The position numbers and the translations under genes are program-made. A model generated the notes under the pieces. That model was not told where the DNA came from and searched no databases. It worked only from the letters and a program-made list of their open reading frames with translations. A stretch of 64,000 nt of DNA, taken from an uncultured cyanobacterium (lineage in GTDB: Bacteria > Cyanobacteriota > Cyanobacteriia > Cyanobacteriales > CAWUOF01). The stretch's first letter is position 1. Every line of letters starts with the position of its first letter. The stretch spans positions 5,824,001 to 5,888,000 of the forward strand of contig CAVUSO010000001.1 of assembly GCA_963744145.1 (NCBI GenBank), in the 5' to 3' direction. Positions 19,524-31,300 of the stretch are shown here, piece by piece.

Positions 19524-21281
19524 ATGACTCAGAACAACCCAAAATTTAAAGCTGCTGATATCGGTGCTTATTTGAAGAAAGCGCTAGTAAAATTTGACAA
19601 TTTGCTGGCTGAGGGAAATACTGCTGAACTAACGGCGATTCGCAAAAAACTGCGGGATGAATTAAAAGAATATCGAGAGCAGGGAATTCTCGGAGTCGCT
19701 TTTGTGGGTCAATATAGTGCAGGGAAATCAACTATTATTTCGGCATTGACAGGACGACGTGATATCCACATTGATGCTGATATTGCTACTGATAAAACGA
19801 CCAATTATGACTGGAATGGTATCAAGTTGATTGATACCCCCGGACTTTTTACAGACCGCAAAGATCATGATGACATTACTTATGATGCCATTAACAAATC
19901 TGACTTGTTGGTTTTTTGCCTTACCTATATGCTCTTTGACTCATGGACAGCAGAGAATTTTAAGAAATTAGCTTATGAAAAAGGCTATCGCTGGAAAATG
20001 ATGCTGGTTATAAACAAAATGTCTGATGAAGCGGGAGACGAAGAGCAAAAGATTACCAACTACCGCAAAAGTCTTGCCGATGCACTGAACCCTTACAGTC
20101 TTGATGAATTTCCAATCTGCTTTATCGATGCTAAAGACTATTGTGAAGGCATTGATGATCAAGATGATTTTCTGATAGAAATTAGCCGATTTGCAACTTT
20201 TATTGATACTCTAAATCAGTTTGTAGAGCGTCGAAGCTCTCTTGCTCGTTTTGATCCACCAGTCCGAATTGCTCTAAGCTGTATTGATGATGCTCAGTTG
20301 AGTTTTACTCGTAACTCTAGCGAAGACTCTACTTTTTTTGAAGTGCTGAACCGGTTATCTCGTGTAGTGCGTAAAGAACGCGATCACTTACGAATTAAGG
20401 TGAAAAATATAGCCTTAGAGATGTCATCAGGAATTGCTAATGAAGGCAATATTCTTGCCGTAGCAGTAGGTGGAGAGCAAAACTTTGAAATACTTAACAA
20501 AAAAACTGAAATAAATGTGCAAAAACATTATGAAAAAGCCGAAACAAAATTACAAGAAGCTGTTAATGTAGCAGTCGAGGATATTCGGCAAGAAGTTGAA
20601 GAAGTGTTAGAAGGTAATCTAGTCAAAACCTTTGTTGCTTGCTTAGAGAAAAATCAAAATATATCAGCCCAAAATCCAGAATCGGGCATGGACGTGGAGC
20701 GGATTAAATGCCAAGTTAATTGTCTGCAAGAAATCGGTAAGAAAGCAGGAGTGCATCTAAACACTTTGGCAACGAGGGGTTTGATGCAAACCGGTACTTC
20801 ACAAGGATTTCTACGCTCTATAGATGTAGCTGGAAGTGGACTACATAAGGGTGTTTTGGAGGTGGGGAAATTTATCGGTTTCAAGTTTAAGCCTTGGCAA
20901 GCCGTAGGTATTGCTAAAAATATTGGTAATGCTGCTAAATTTCTGGGACCAGCTATGGCAATTGCTTCTGTAGGAGTAGATATTTTACAAATACACCAAG
21001 AAATTAAACGAGAAAAGCAAATGGCTGAGATCCGTCTCGATATTACGAGTCAGTTTCAATCAATAGCAAAAGACTTGGAAAATCAAATAGACATCCAACT
21101 TTGGGAATTTGAGCAACAGGTTTACGGAGAGATTGAAAAGCAAATTGCAGCCGCTCGCCAGAAGCAAGAGGAATCGATTTCTGCTGCCAATACTTGGGTA
21201 AAACAACTGGTAGAAATCCGTAAACATTTTGACGCGATTATCCAGTATATTACGAAGGCAACAGCTAATCCGATTACTTGA
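19524..21281 (+). CDS. LeoA/HP0731-family dynamin-like GTPase
   Basis: GQYSAGKST, DTPG, INKM; C-terminal FKFKPWQAVG motif typical of LeoA-like proteins. Confidence 0.8.
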   Translation: MTQNNPKFKAADIGAYLKKALVKFDNLLAEGNTAELTAIRKKLRDELKEYREQGILGVAFVGQYSAGKSTIISALTGRRDIHIDADIATDKTTNYDWNGIKLIDTPGLFTDRKDHDDITYDAINKSDLLVFCLTYMLFDSWTAENFKKLAYEKGYRWKMMLVINKMSDEAGDEEQKITNYRKSLADALNPYSLDEFPICFIDAKDYCEGIDDQDDFLIEISRFATFIDTLNQFVERRSSLARFDPPVRIALSCIDDAQLSFTRNSSEDSTFFEVLNRLSRVVRKERDHLRIKVKNIALEMSSGIANEGNILAVAVGGEQNFEILNKKTEINVQKHYEKAETKLQEAVNVAVEDIRQEVEEVLEGNLVKTFVACLEKNQNISAQNPESGMDVERIKCQVNCLQEIGKKAGVHLNTLATRGLMQTGTSQGFLRSIDVAGSGLHKGVLEVGKFIGFKFKPWQAVGIAKNIGNAAKFLGPAMAIASVGVDILQIHQEIKREKQMAEIRLDITSQFQSIAKDLENQIDIQLWEFEQQVYGEIEKQIAAARQKQEESISAANTWVKQLVEIRKHFDAIIQYITKATANPIT

Positions 21282-21514
21282 AAACCCAAATGATTCAAGA
21301 ACTTGACAGTATTGTTTTAACAACTGATATCCCAGAACAAAACTTAAGCAAAGGTGATATTGGCACCGTAATTTTAGTGCATCAAGGTGGCGTAGGATAT
21401 GAGGTAGAATTTGTTACCTTAACGGGAAAAACAGTAGCTATTGTCTCGCTCTTTAGTTCACAAGTCCGTCTGAGCGGTGACAGAGAAATAGCTCACGCTC
21501 GAATGTTAGCTTGA
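21278..21514 (+). CDS. DUF4926 domain protein
   Basis: ELDSIVLTTDIP..L.KGDIGTVILVH..GYEVEF. Confidence 0.85.
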   Translation: MKTQMIQELDSIVLTTDIPEQNLSKGDIGTVILVHQGGVGYEVEFVTLTGKTVAIVSLFSSQVRLSGDREIAHARMLA

Positions 21515-21550
21515 ATATTATTAAAGAGCGAAGTTTATCTGCTAGAATGT

Positions 21551-21646
21551 AAAATCCCCCCGACTCTGCTCACTTCCAATTTCCGTATTTCCTGGGGGGC
21601 TGAAGCTTAAATGCAAGCGATCGCCTCCTCAATTTCCGCGACCTGA
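21551..21646 (-). pseudogene. relic of the 3' part of ORF 35050-35718
   Basis: cccccgactctg.tcacttccaa...gctgaagcttaa...gcgatcgcctcctc matches 35093-35188. Confidence 0.85.
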
Positions 21647-21727
21647 TCCCAATTCACGCTTGAGCGTCATCGCCCAACTATTTCTAAAGGGCAATTTTCC
21701 GAGAAGATGACGCTCTCTCTCATCTTG

Positions 21728-22016
21728 CTACAGAATCGTCAAATAGGTTTCGGTTGGACTGATGGGTAAGGGTTTTAAAGTTTGATTGTTCAAGTCTATT
21801 TCTAACCCCAAGGATTCTAAAGGAATCACTCCTAAAAGAGCATCTCTTCCTCCTGGTAACTCCAAGCACTCAAAGGTTCCTTCCCGCTCAAATATTGATA
21901 TTTTGGCATCTTGGAAAATTCGGGCTTTACCAATACCCATTGCTGTGGTCAGCTCGATTAATAATTGTCAGAGTGGTGAAAACTTTTCCCATTTCTTTGT
22001 TGCTTTGAATTTGCAT
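21728..22016 (-). pseudogene. aspartyl protease paralog with a 155-bp internal deletion that removes the catalytic motif and shifts the frame
   Basis: Near-identical to 14892-15335 but lacks the segment equivalent to 15111-15265 (444-155=289 bp). Confidence 0.9.
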
Positions 22017-22057
22017 TTTTTGTCTCCCACTTAAGAGTTGGAGTTTTATCTATTTTT

Positions 22058-22086
22058 ATTATAACTCTTCTCCTTCAACCTGTCAA
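22058..22086 (-). promoter_or_regulatory. consensus sigma70 promoter of the protease copy
   Basis: Minus strand TTGACA, 17 bp spacer, TATAAT. Confidence 0.75.
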
Positions 22087-22099
22087 ATAAATCCTCAAA

Positions 22100-24823
22100 T
22101 TAATCCGAGGGAATTATTATACTAATTGCTTGAATAGCGGGAATTTTAAATGGGATATCCAACAGATTTAGATGTTTTTCTAAAAAAGACTCTGCATCAG
22201 TCAGCAATTGACAAATTTGCTCTGAGCTTAATTGAGGAGATGCGGAAGATTCAGGGATCTTTTTGAAGTTTGATAAATATTGATTTAGTTGTGCGATAAT
22301 TTCCCAATCTTTTAATATAATTGCTTGGTGAGATGAATTTATACTTACTGCTGCAACCGCTTGACGAATATGAGAATTGATTCCAGTGACGCGATCGCTG
22401 ATGATAAATATAAATAAGCTTTGGTTCAAATCAGGTAAGACTGATACAGAAGCAGAGAAACCGATAGCTTGTGATAAAGCTGCATTAAATAATTTGTGAC
22501 CAACACCAAGCAAGTGATGTGTAACATTTTGATCACGTCGATCGCGATTAAAGTGTACTTGTTCGTATTCTCTTTGAATTCCTGGCTCAATCTTCCAGTT
22601 TTCAGGTGTGATAAATGAGAAAACTTCATCGGTAAGTTTTGTAAGTTTGACTCGACGTTTGTTAAGATGTAACATGGTCAAGAAAAATGGTTGTAAAGCG
22701 GGTAAATCTAGTTGTGGAAGTAAGGGAGAAACCTGTTGAAAATCAAACTTTTCACAGCTACCGACTATTTCACGGACAGCAGCGATCGCATCTTTTCCAC
22801 CGAATTTAGCAGTTTCGCGATTAAACCATTGATGTAAATCCTCATGGTGTCTATTTGCTTCGCTAAAGATTTCTCGAAACAATTTAGGTGATGTCATTCC
22901 TAAAACAAGTTGGAGCAAGTCTTCTGGTTCATCCATTACTTGCTGTAGAGATTGCATGATATTGTCAATTTTGTGATTGAGTTTATCCCAAATTAGTGTT
23001 TCTACAGTCTGAGGATTGCGTAGTGTAATCACTTCTACCCCTCGTTTTTGTCCGTAACGATTCAAACGACCAACTCGTTGATGTAAACGCATGGGATTCC
23101 AGGGTAAATCTACATGAATGAGAGAGTAGCAATTTTCTTGCAGATCAATACCTTCACCACCTGCTTCAGTAGAAATCAGAAATCTGACTTTTCCCTGATT
23201 GAACTTTTCCGCAGCAGTTTCCCGTTTCTCTTTCAAGCTCAAGACTTGACCAGTTTTATTAATAACTCCTTCAGCTAATTCTTCACCATTAATGAAAGTA
23301 ACGCTATTTTCACCATATCGAGTAATCAGTGCAGACATCAATAGAGATTGTGTGGCTTTGTACTCAGTGAAAAAAAGCACCTGACGGTCAACAAATTGAT
23401 TGACAACTACCTCCAATATTTTCTGAATTTTGGTTTCTTGCTTAATAGTATTAGCTGCTTGGATCAGTTCTTGCAAGCGGGGTTCTTCATCTTCCATCAG
23501 TCTAATAGATTCAGTCAGTTCTAAGATTCGCTCCTCTAACTGATTGATTTCGTCGCTATCAAGTTTTTCCTCATCATCAAATTTTTTTAATTCTTGCTCT
23601 AATTCTCGTTTTCGGTGCTTGACTTTTTCCAATGCTTTGCGTTTGGTATCAAGCCGTTTCAGACGACCTGATAATGCTTTATAAATCGCTGCTACTGAGC
23701 TAGAAGCGAGTTTTTGCATACAAATCAAAATTAACATCACTGCCCGTTGGTTAAAGTCATCCAGTCTAGAAGCATAAGCTTTTCCGGTAGTGATAAATCT
23801 AGTTAGTTTTTCATAAAATAGAGATTCTTCATGGGAATATTCATAGATTTCTGAGTAGACTTTGACGGGCAAGAATAATTTATTTCCCTTCATATCTGTA
23901 ACTGATTGCTTATTATTACGAATCATTACTTTTCGTAATAACGGTAATTGGCTCTCGCCGGATTTTTTTGGATCGAATAAGTCTTCTTGTAGTAGTTTCA
24001 GGAGAGAGAAAAATTCATAATCTTTACCTCGATGGGGTGTTCCTGAGAAGAAGACGACGGAGCGGACTTTTTTATATTTATTAATTAACTGATCGATAAA
24101 GCTATATCCCAGCGTCGGACCGCTCTGTTCGTTAGCATTGAGATGATGCGCTTCATCAACAATCAGCAAGTCCCAAGGTTCTGCTTCAAAGAGTCGATTG
24201 TGGCGATCGCGGCTGTTTTTGCGGAGTGTCGGTAATGAAGCAATAACTTGATGGTGGGTATTCCAAAAATCGCTTTTTGAAGTATCGGCTTCAGTTGTGT
24301 ATCTTGTACAGCGAATGTCAAACATTATTCGCAGACGGTGTTGCCATTGCTCGACTAGAGAAGCAGGACAAACAATTAGAATGCGTTTAACTGCTCCTTT
24401 ATTCAACAATGTCCAGAGAATTAGACCTGCTTCAACGGTTTTCCCCAACCCTACGTCATCAGCAACTAACCAACGAGTAGGTAGTTCTTGAACGACACGA
24501 CGACATACCCATAATTGATGAGGGAGTAGAGCAATACGTGCTAGAGAAAATATGCCCCAAACATCATTCACTGAGCGGATCGCTAGAGCTTGTACATGAG
24601 CGATCGCTTCTAGGGGATTGTGCCAGTCAGAAGAGTTGATAGCTTCCTGGAGCGAAATGAGACGGGTTAGTTCTGCTTTTGGACACTCTTCCAACCCATG
24701 TTCAAATCGAACGATCACTGTGCTGTTTTCATCTGAGCGGATTTGACCGATACCGTGTTTGGGATGGGAGACGCGATCGCCTCGGTTAAAGTGGATATTC
24801 ATACTTGAAAACCTCATTCTCAT
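22100..24823 (-). CDS. SNF2-family helicase (RapA/DrmD-like), defence-associated
   Basis: LVADDVGLGKT, DEAHH, SGTPH, STEAGGEGIDLQ, DLPWNP..LHQRVGRLNRYGQ; N-terminal RGDRVSHPKHGIG. Confidence 0.92.
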   Translation of the reverse strand: MRMRFSSMNIHFNRGDRVSHPKHGIGQIRSDENSTVIVRFEHGLEECPKAELTRLISLQEAINSSDWHNPLEAIAHVQALAIRSVNDVWGIFSLARIALLPHQLWVCRRVVQELPTRWLVADDVGLGKTVEAGLILWTLLNKGAVKRILIVCPASLVEQWQHRLRIMFDIRCTRYTTEADTSKSDFWNTHHQVIASLPTLRKNSRDRHNRLFEAEPWDLLIVDEAHHLNANEQSGPTLGYSFIDQLINKYKKVRSVVFFSGTPHRGKDYEFFSLLKLLQEDLFDPKKSGESQLPLLRKVMIRNNKQSVTDMKGNKLFLPVKVYSEIYEYSHEESLFYEKLTRFITTGKAYASRLDDFNQRAVMLILICMQKLASSSVAAIYKALSGRLKRLDTKRKALEKVKHRKRELEQELKKFDDEEKLDSDEINQLEERILELTESIRLMEDEEPRLQELIQAANTIKQETKIQKILEVVVNQFVDRQVLFFTEYKATQSLLMSALITRYGENSVTFINGEELAEGVINKTGQVLSLKEKRETAAEKFNQGKVRFLISTEAGGEGIDLQENCYSLIHVDLPWNPMRLHQRVGRLNRYGQKRGVEVITLRNPQTVETLIWDKLNHKIDNIMQSLQQVMDEPEDLLQLVLGMTSPKLFREIFSEANRHHEDLHQWFNRETAKFGGKDAIAAVREIVGSCEKFDFQQVSPLLPQLDLPALQPFFLTMLHLNKRRVKLTKLTDEVFSFITPENWKIEPGIQREYEQVHFNRDRRDQNVTHHLLGVGHKLFNAALSQAIGFSASVSVLPDLNQSLFIFIISDRVTGINSHIRQAVAAVSINSSHQAIILKDWEIIAQLNQYLSNFKKIPESSASPQLSSEQICQLLTDAESFLEKHLNLLDIPFKIPAIQAISIIIPSD

Positions 24824-25174
24824 TAGACCATATAAGATTTAGGCATTATTTGGCCATTCCGTATTATTATAAAATCAGCATCTTGACTGGAAGTCTGTCT
24901 ATCTGCAAGTTCATTCCATTTTCCCGATGGTTATGAAGAATTTATTAAATTTTCAGCAGACAGTAAAGGATATAATATCATTAAAGATTAAGGCAAAACA
25001 GAGAAGATTGTGATCAGAGTGAAAGAAGCACTTCCTAATGGCCATATTATCTTTATTGAAGATAGGCTTGCAAAAGTCAGTTTCTGATGGACATTTCCAA
25101 CTAAGATCATAATAGTCATCTGTTAATTTTTACTAGAAAGCAAAAAATAGCTGATTCTGATAATTTATAATTTT

Positions 25175-26800
25175 ATGACTAGAGGTGATCCTGTTAAGCA
25201 AATTAGAGAACTCCGACGATTATTAGATTCATATCGTGAGGGTTTTCCAATTTTAAAAGAGTTAGTACAAAATGCAGAAGATGCTCAATCAACTTGCTTA
25301 GACTATGGTTGGTTAGAAGGTTTATCTAACGCTAACCATCCTTTGCTAAAAGCCCCTGCACTTTTCTTTATTAATAATGGTAAGTTTGATAAAGATGATG
25401 CTAGGTCTCTTTTCTTTTTTGACGTTAGTGGAAAATCAGATCAAGAAGGTACGATAGGAAAGTTTGGATTAGGGTTAAAAAGTGTATTCCATTTATGCGA
25501 AGCATTTTTTTATTTGGCTCCCAGCTTACCAAAAGGTTCAAAGCCAAATTGTAACATTTTTAATCCTTGGGAAGGTTCAGATTGTCACAATGATTGGGAC
25601 GAATTTACTGAAAATGATCAGCAAGCTATAAAAAAATGTTTAAACTCTTTTCTTTCTACATCTGAATATCAAGAAAGATGGTTTATTATATGGATTCCAC
25701 TCCGACAAGAATGTCATAAAACTCAAGAAGATAAAGATGAAAATGGGACACTTTTAGGAACAATAAAACCTGAATTTTTTGAAAATCAAATTCCGGACTT
25801 TTTAATACAATATAATTACTTTGATCAAATAAGTAGCTTATTACCCAATTTACATAGTCTGAAAATAGTTAGATATTGGGAAGACAAACAGATTAAATAT
25901 CAAGCTACTAATATCCCAACTGCTACTCGTGTATCATTAATAGAACTTGAAGAACAACGAAATCAATCAAGAAATTTTCAAGGTCAAATAACTATTAATA
26001 AAAATAGTAAAAGAATTTATTATTTTGGTAATGAAATTATTTTAGAAGGTGAACGTTTATTGGAGATTCTTAATAACAATGAATTAAAGTTAGTAGAAAA
26101 TACTAAAAAAATAAAATCTCATTGTGCCATCATTTTTAGTCGTATTTGTCAAGAACCAGACAGTCAATCATACTTTAAGTTACGTCTTGCTACTTTTTTG
26201 CCAATTCCTATTAGCAAAAATCATCAAAATACAGATGAGATTATAATTTCTTGTTTGTCACCATTACAAGTTAGCTACGATTTAACTTTACATGGTTATT
26301 TTTTTGTTAATTCTAGCAGAACGGAAATAAAAGGATGGGAACATATTCTATTAAGATTTAATAAAAAGCAGGATAGTAGTTTACGAGAACAATTAGAAAT
26401 AGAATGGAATTCTATTTTGTATGATTATTTATTGTCTAATCTTCTTGATTCTTTATCTCAATTTGTATCTCAGCAAAATTTATTATCTTCAGAAACAGAA
26501 GCAATTTGTCAATCTCTTAAAAAGTCTGACCTATTTAATAAAGAAAATCTCAAGATTATTTATGGTGATCATAAATATATTTGTCGTATTAAACCAGATG
26601 GGATAACCTGGGAATTGGTAAATATTAGTGAAAAAATTTTAAATCTTCCTGATATTCCTGATTGGAAAGTTTTTTCTTATCTGAAAGAATTATCGAAGCG
26701 TGCTTATTTTACTCTTCCTAATAAACCTAATCTTGTTCCTGAAAATAATAATAAATGGGAATCTCAAGAGATTTTAGATTTTTTGCAATCTTTAGATGCT
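25175..26800 (+). pseudogene. N-terminal part of a giant sacsin-like protein (first GHKL/HSP90-like module), cut by an IS
   Basis: LKELVQNAEDA, IGKFGLGLKSVF, HGYFFVNSSR; the frame ends inside the IS left end. Confidence 0.85.
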
Positions 26801-28376
26801 CAATACTCCGGACAAAATTAAACTGCAATCGCACCGTAGGAAAGTAGTTCTGAGTAATTGGGATGGCTTTTGATCAAAGTCGGCTCCAAATCTAACTTCA
26901 AAATAAATTGTTCCAAAAGATGCGCGTTGAAGGCTTGGCGTTTATAAGTAGCCATAGAAAAGATAAAGGGCTCATCTTCTTGATGGTTTAATCTGGCTGA
27001 TAATTTGGCAATATTCAAAGCTGTCAGACTAGCATTAAAATGAAAATCTAATTTGGCCGCATCACGGGCTTGACAATCCACTAATCCTGTAAACTGTTTA
27101 GCATCACGAAAAATAAATTCAATCTGAAAACGAGCCTGATAATACTCGTAAATTTCCAGGGCGGTCAGCGACAAATCTGTTGAAAACAAAATTAGATAAC
27201 CAGTTTTGTCAGGCTGACGCTGATCAACAACCACGACAATTTTAATGTTTCTCTCTAAGGAGACATGATTAACTATCGCACTATAAATATTAACTGATTT
27301 CTCAACTTCCTGGCCCCAAGTCAAACGACTTAAATTAGTGAAATTGACTTTTCCTGCATAGAGACGTGGGCGACCACGCTCTTTTTGTTCACCCTGATAT
27401 AAATAACGCATATTGGCATCAATCCGCAATTTACCTAGGTAATGAAAATTGACAGATATCACCCCATCAACAAACTTTTTTTTACTATAGTACCCATCAG
27501 CTACTAGGTGGCGTATATCCGATGGAATATAGCTTTGAGCTCTTTTTAGTTGCTCTAAATACTGATCTACTCTTGTAGCTTCATCCTCTTGATTGTCCGA
27601 TGTTTTCGGACTAGATTTTCGGGATTTTTTCTGATTTTTTCCTGGCGATTTTTTGGTGGTTTTTCTTGGTGATTCTGTGGGCAAAGATGGTGATGTTTGC
27701 TGAACAGATAAAGCATAAGCCGTGTTGATATCTAAATCAATAAGTGCGAGCAGAGAAATTTCTAACCCCCGTTCTGCTTGGCTCTTACTACTATTATAGA
27801 AATAATCTTTTCCATAGGTTTTTTTACCACTTTTTTGAATAAATGAACAGTCCATTGCTAAAATTTTTCGACTCGTGACCGCTAGGGCTAATTGCAGGAG
27901 TTGTTTATTTAACTCCAAAAAATTGAAGGAGCGCTGAAAATGGCGTCGATAAGTTTTTTCGTTTAACTGCGAGTAACGACTTAAATTAGTAAAATTGACT
28001 TTACCATAGACTAACAAGATAGTTGTCATTAAGGTTAAGAAAAATTTTTTTTGAGCTTTACTAATCCCAGCAAGTTGAGTTAAGATGTTTTCTAGAAAAT
28101 TCATAATTATCGGTCGGGTGGAATTTACTATGTAAATTCTCTCACGATCGATATTTTTTTGGTGATCTCAGTAAGGAAAAAATTGCGCCCAATCCGTTCG
28201 GTTGCCTGATTTGGCCAGAAAATTGTTCAAGTAGAAAACGATTCAGAATCGAAAATATCTGCCAAATCAGGTTTTCGGCTAGTCCCAGTCTGTCTTTTGG
28301 CTATTGGACCGAAAACTATTGGTTAGTCAATTATACCTATAAATAATTTTCTCTCACCAAAGTGTCCGGAGTATTG
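26801..28376 (-). mobile_element. insertion sequence (IS4/IS701-like DDE family), 1576 bp
   Basis: 14-bp terminal inverted repeats CAATACTCCGGACA (26801-26814) and TGTCCGGAGTATTG (28363-28376) enclose a transposase; only CT is duplicated at the flanks. Confidence 0.92.
26818..28104 (-). CDS. DDE transposase
   Basis: AMDCSFI, VADGYY, YQARFQIEFIFRDAKQ (YREK-like motif). Confidence 0.92.
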   Translation of the reverse strand: MNFLENILTQLAGISKAQKKFFLTLMTTILLVYGKVNFTNLSRYSQLNEKTYRRHFQRSFNFLELNKQLLQLALAVTSRKILAMDCSFIQKSGKKTYGKDYFYNSSKSQAERGLEISLLALIDLDINTAYALSVQQTSPSLPTESPRKTTKKSPGKNQKKSRKSSPKTSDNQEDEATRVDQYLEQLKRAQSYIPSDIRHLVADGYYSKKKFVDGVISVNFHYLGKLRIDANMRYLYQGEQKERGRPRLYAGKVNFTNLSRLTWGQEVEKSVNIYSAIVNHVSLERNIKIVVVVDQRQPDKTGYLILFSTDLSLTALEIYEYYQARFQIEFIFRDAKQFTGLVDCQARDAAKLDFHFNASLTALNIAKLSARLNHQEDEPFIFSMATYKRQAFNAHLLEQFILKLDLEPTLIKSHPNYSELLSYGAIAV

Positions 28377-28380
28377 CTAT

Positions 28381-31300
28381 ATGCCTTCCCAAGAAAACCA
28401 ATTATGGGAAAAAATCGCTAAACAAATGTTAAAGAAAACAAACAAATTATGGTGCTTAGTTCCAAGTATTTTGGTCAAGCAAATATCAGAGGATAAACAA
28501 ATCGAACTAGGGATCAAGCCCCTGAGTCGTAATCCAATATTAGATTACATGAAAAACGAGATAGAACAAAGAAATCAATCATCACTTGATGGTCTTAAAG
28601 AGTTGACACCTGAAGACATAACTGATTTACTTAAAGAAATAGGGCAAGAACCTAACAACGAAAAATTATGGAAAGACCTTCCTTTGCATGAAACTGTTGA
28701 AACTGTAGAAGATCGCTTAGTCCCTATTAGTGAGAATACTTATTTAGAAAATTGTGATTTTCCATTTAATGAAAAATTAAAATACCTGGTAACTATTATT
28801 AAAATTAACCCAAACTTGCGACAAGAGTGGATTACTAAATGGGATGCTGAACACCAGATCAGAGAAATTTTATGTCAAAATGATCCACAGAAATATTGGA
28901 AAGAAATATTAGATGCTGTTTGTAGCTTAAATCAAAAAATCCCCGATGATTTAAAAGATAGATTAGCTAAAGAAATATATTGGTTACCTACTGAAGATGG
29001 TGTTCCTAAAAAACCTGATCAGGTAATCAGTTTTTCTAAAGATTTAGCGGATAGTTTCCAAGAAAAAGACCTATCAACAATCATTGAAATAATGAATAAT
29101 GATTCTATTCACCATTTGAAGTTGTTGAGAGACATAAGCCGACATAATCAGGGATATTCGTGGCTAGAAAGTTTATTTAGTAAACTTACAGAAGATAAAA
29201 TTATTAAAATTGTTTTATCTAAAAAACCTCAACATTATTTAATAGTTTTAAATGCTATTGATAGTTTACAAAAACGTGGCAAAGAACCTTCTGATGCTAA
29301 TCGTGAACTTCTGAAACAAATACCCTGGTTAATTAATTTTCAAGAACCGTGTATTAATCTTAAACCCGAAAATGTTATTCATTACCCTAAATTAAAAGAG
29401 CAAATTTGTCAAATTATTGAGGATACTAATAACTCAGATTATATTGATTCATCTAGCTTAAATACAATCATTAAAGACCATCCTAGCTTTGACTGGTTGC
29501 ATGAGAACCTTTTTATTAAAGACAAGTCAAATGTTTTAAAGATTATTGGTCAAATGGTTCGGAATATTCCTAAATATCGATTAGGAAATTTTGATGCTGC
29601 TGACTTTCCTTTAACAGATTGTTATGGCTCTAAAGAAACACCGGGGGTATTTCATAATATTGATACTGATATCTTACCTATTTGGTTTTTAGTACCAAAA
29701 ATATCGGAAGAAGATTTTAAAAAATACATCCTACCTAATGTTTTAAATGAACTTGATGTTAATATTTTAGTTGAACTATTAAACTGGATATCTAAGAATC
29801 ATTCAGGACGAGCTGAAGAAGTTATCACAGTTTATAACAAATATTTGAAACTGGCTACTGAGCATAGTGATTTTAATCTGAAAATACCTGAAATTAACCT
29901 ATTAAATCGCAGAGGAGAATGGAAATCAACTAATGAACTGTGTGATGGTTCTAAACCTAATATTGATGATAGTGATATTCTTGACGATGAACAAGCAACA
30001 ATTTTAAGTCCTATCTTATCTAAGATTAATGTTTCCAAGAATAAAGTCAGTAAAAAATTGACAAATTATCATTTAGCCAAAACTAACTCCGATATATTAA
30101 GCAATTACTCCAAAAATTTAGCCAATAATTTTAATAAACCTGCTGCGCTAATAGGTCTTTTCCTTTGTTTGTTATCAGGAAACGACCAGAAAGTAAAAAC
30201 ATTAGCTCAATACTATCTAGGAAGTAGATATTTTGATATTACTATCGATAGACTATGTATTAAACCATCTTTATTTAGATTCATTTTGAATGTTAACGAT
30301 TTAGACGCATCAACTACTGATGTTCCTGCGATTACTGGTAATTATTTTCCAGCTAAAATCAAAAACTCGGAGTTACCATGCTTATTATTTTATGAACCGG
30401 AAATAAATAATACGGACAATATTACTAACATTAACTTAACCCTTATTCCATCAGAAAAATTAAACGCTGTTAACCCTGATCAAATAGTGGAGTTATTAAA
30501 AATATCGGCGGAATGGTTGATGGACAAAATTTATCCGCAGACTCTCGAAAATCTACAACAAATCTGGCAAGAAATTTCTAATTCCGGACAGATAGATATT
30601 AAATTTTGCAGAGATTATATCCTGGAAGGATTTGTATATTTAATGAGACAATTAAAACTACGGAATAACGATATTAAGCAAAAATTAGCAGAAATAGATA
30701 AGAAATGGCATGAAAAAAAAGAGAGTGGTGAATCTGTAAATCAAGATTATAGAACGAAAATTGGAAAAGAAATATTAGAGCTTTTTGAAGGAGATAATCA
30801 AGCACCTTCTCAAGATGTTATCAATGCTGTTAAAAATAAAATAAGTGAGCATGGATATCTACCAGAAAATATTCCTTTTGAGTTATTTCAAAATGCTGAC
30901 GATGCTGTAGTAGAATGGAACAAAATTTCGCGAGGCAACCTATCAGCAGAAAGTAAATTATTCGTCCTTAAATGGGATGAAAATAAGATAGAGTTTATGC
31001 ACTGGGGGCGTCCAATTAACTGTTATTGGTATCTGGAATATCCAGAAGTTGACTACAAAAATGATGGCTATCACATCGATTTAACGAAAATGCTTCTGTT
31101 TAATAATTCGGATAAAGGTGAAGGGGAAACTGGTAAGTTTGGCTTAGGTTTTAAAAGCGTTTATTTGGTATGTCAAGAACCTCATGTTTTGAGTGGTAGA
31201 GACATATCTTTTAAGGTAGTTGGCGGGTTATTACCGTCTAATCTAGATGCTGAAGATAGCTATTCTTTAAGTCAGTCGCTTCAGGATCAGCAAGGAAATA

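Noticed and set aside
14950..22034. Near-identical plus-strand ORFs at 14950 and 21786
   Set aside because: They are antisense shadows of the duplicated protease genes
22100..24823. Calling the helicase part of a DISARM system (drmD)
   Set aside because: No drmA/B/C or methyltransferase is nearby; the similarity is only at the SNF2 family level
24850..25170. Possible small gene between the helicase and the sacsin-like gene
   Set aside because: Only short interrupted frames, with nothing recognisable
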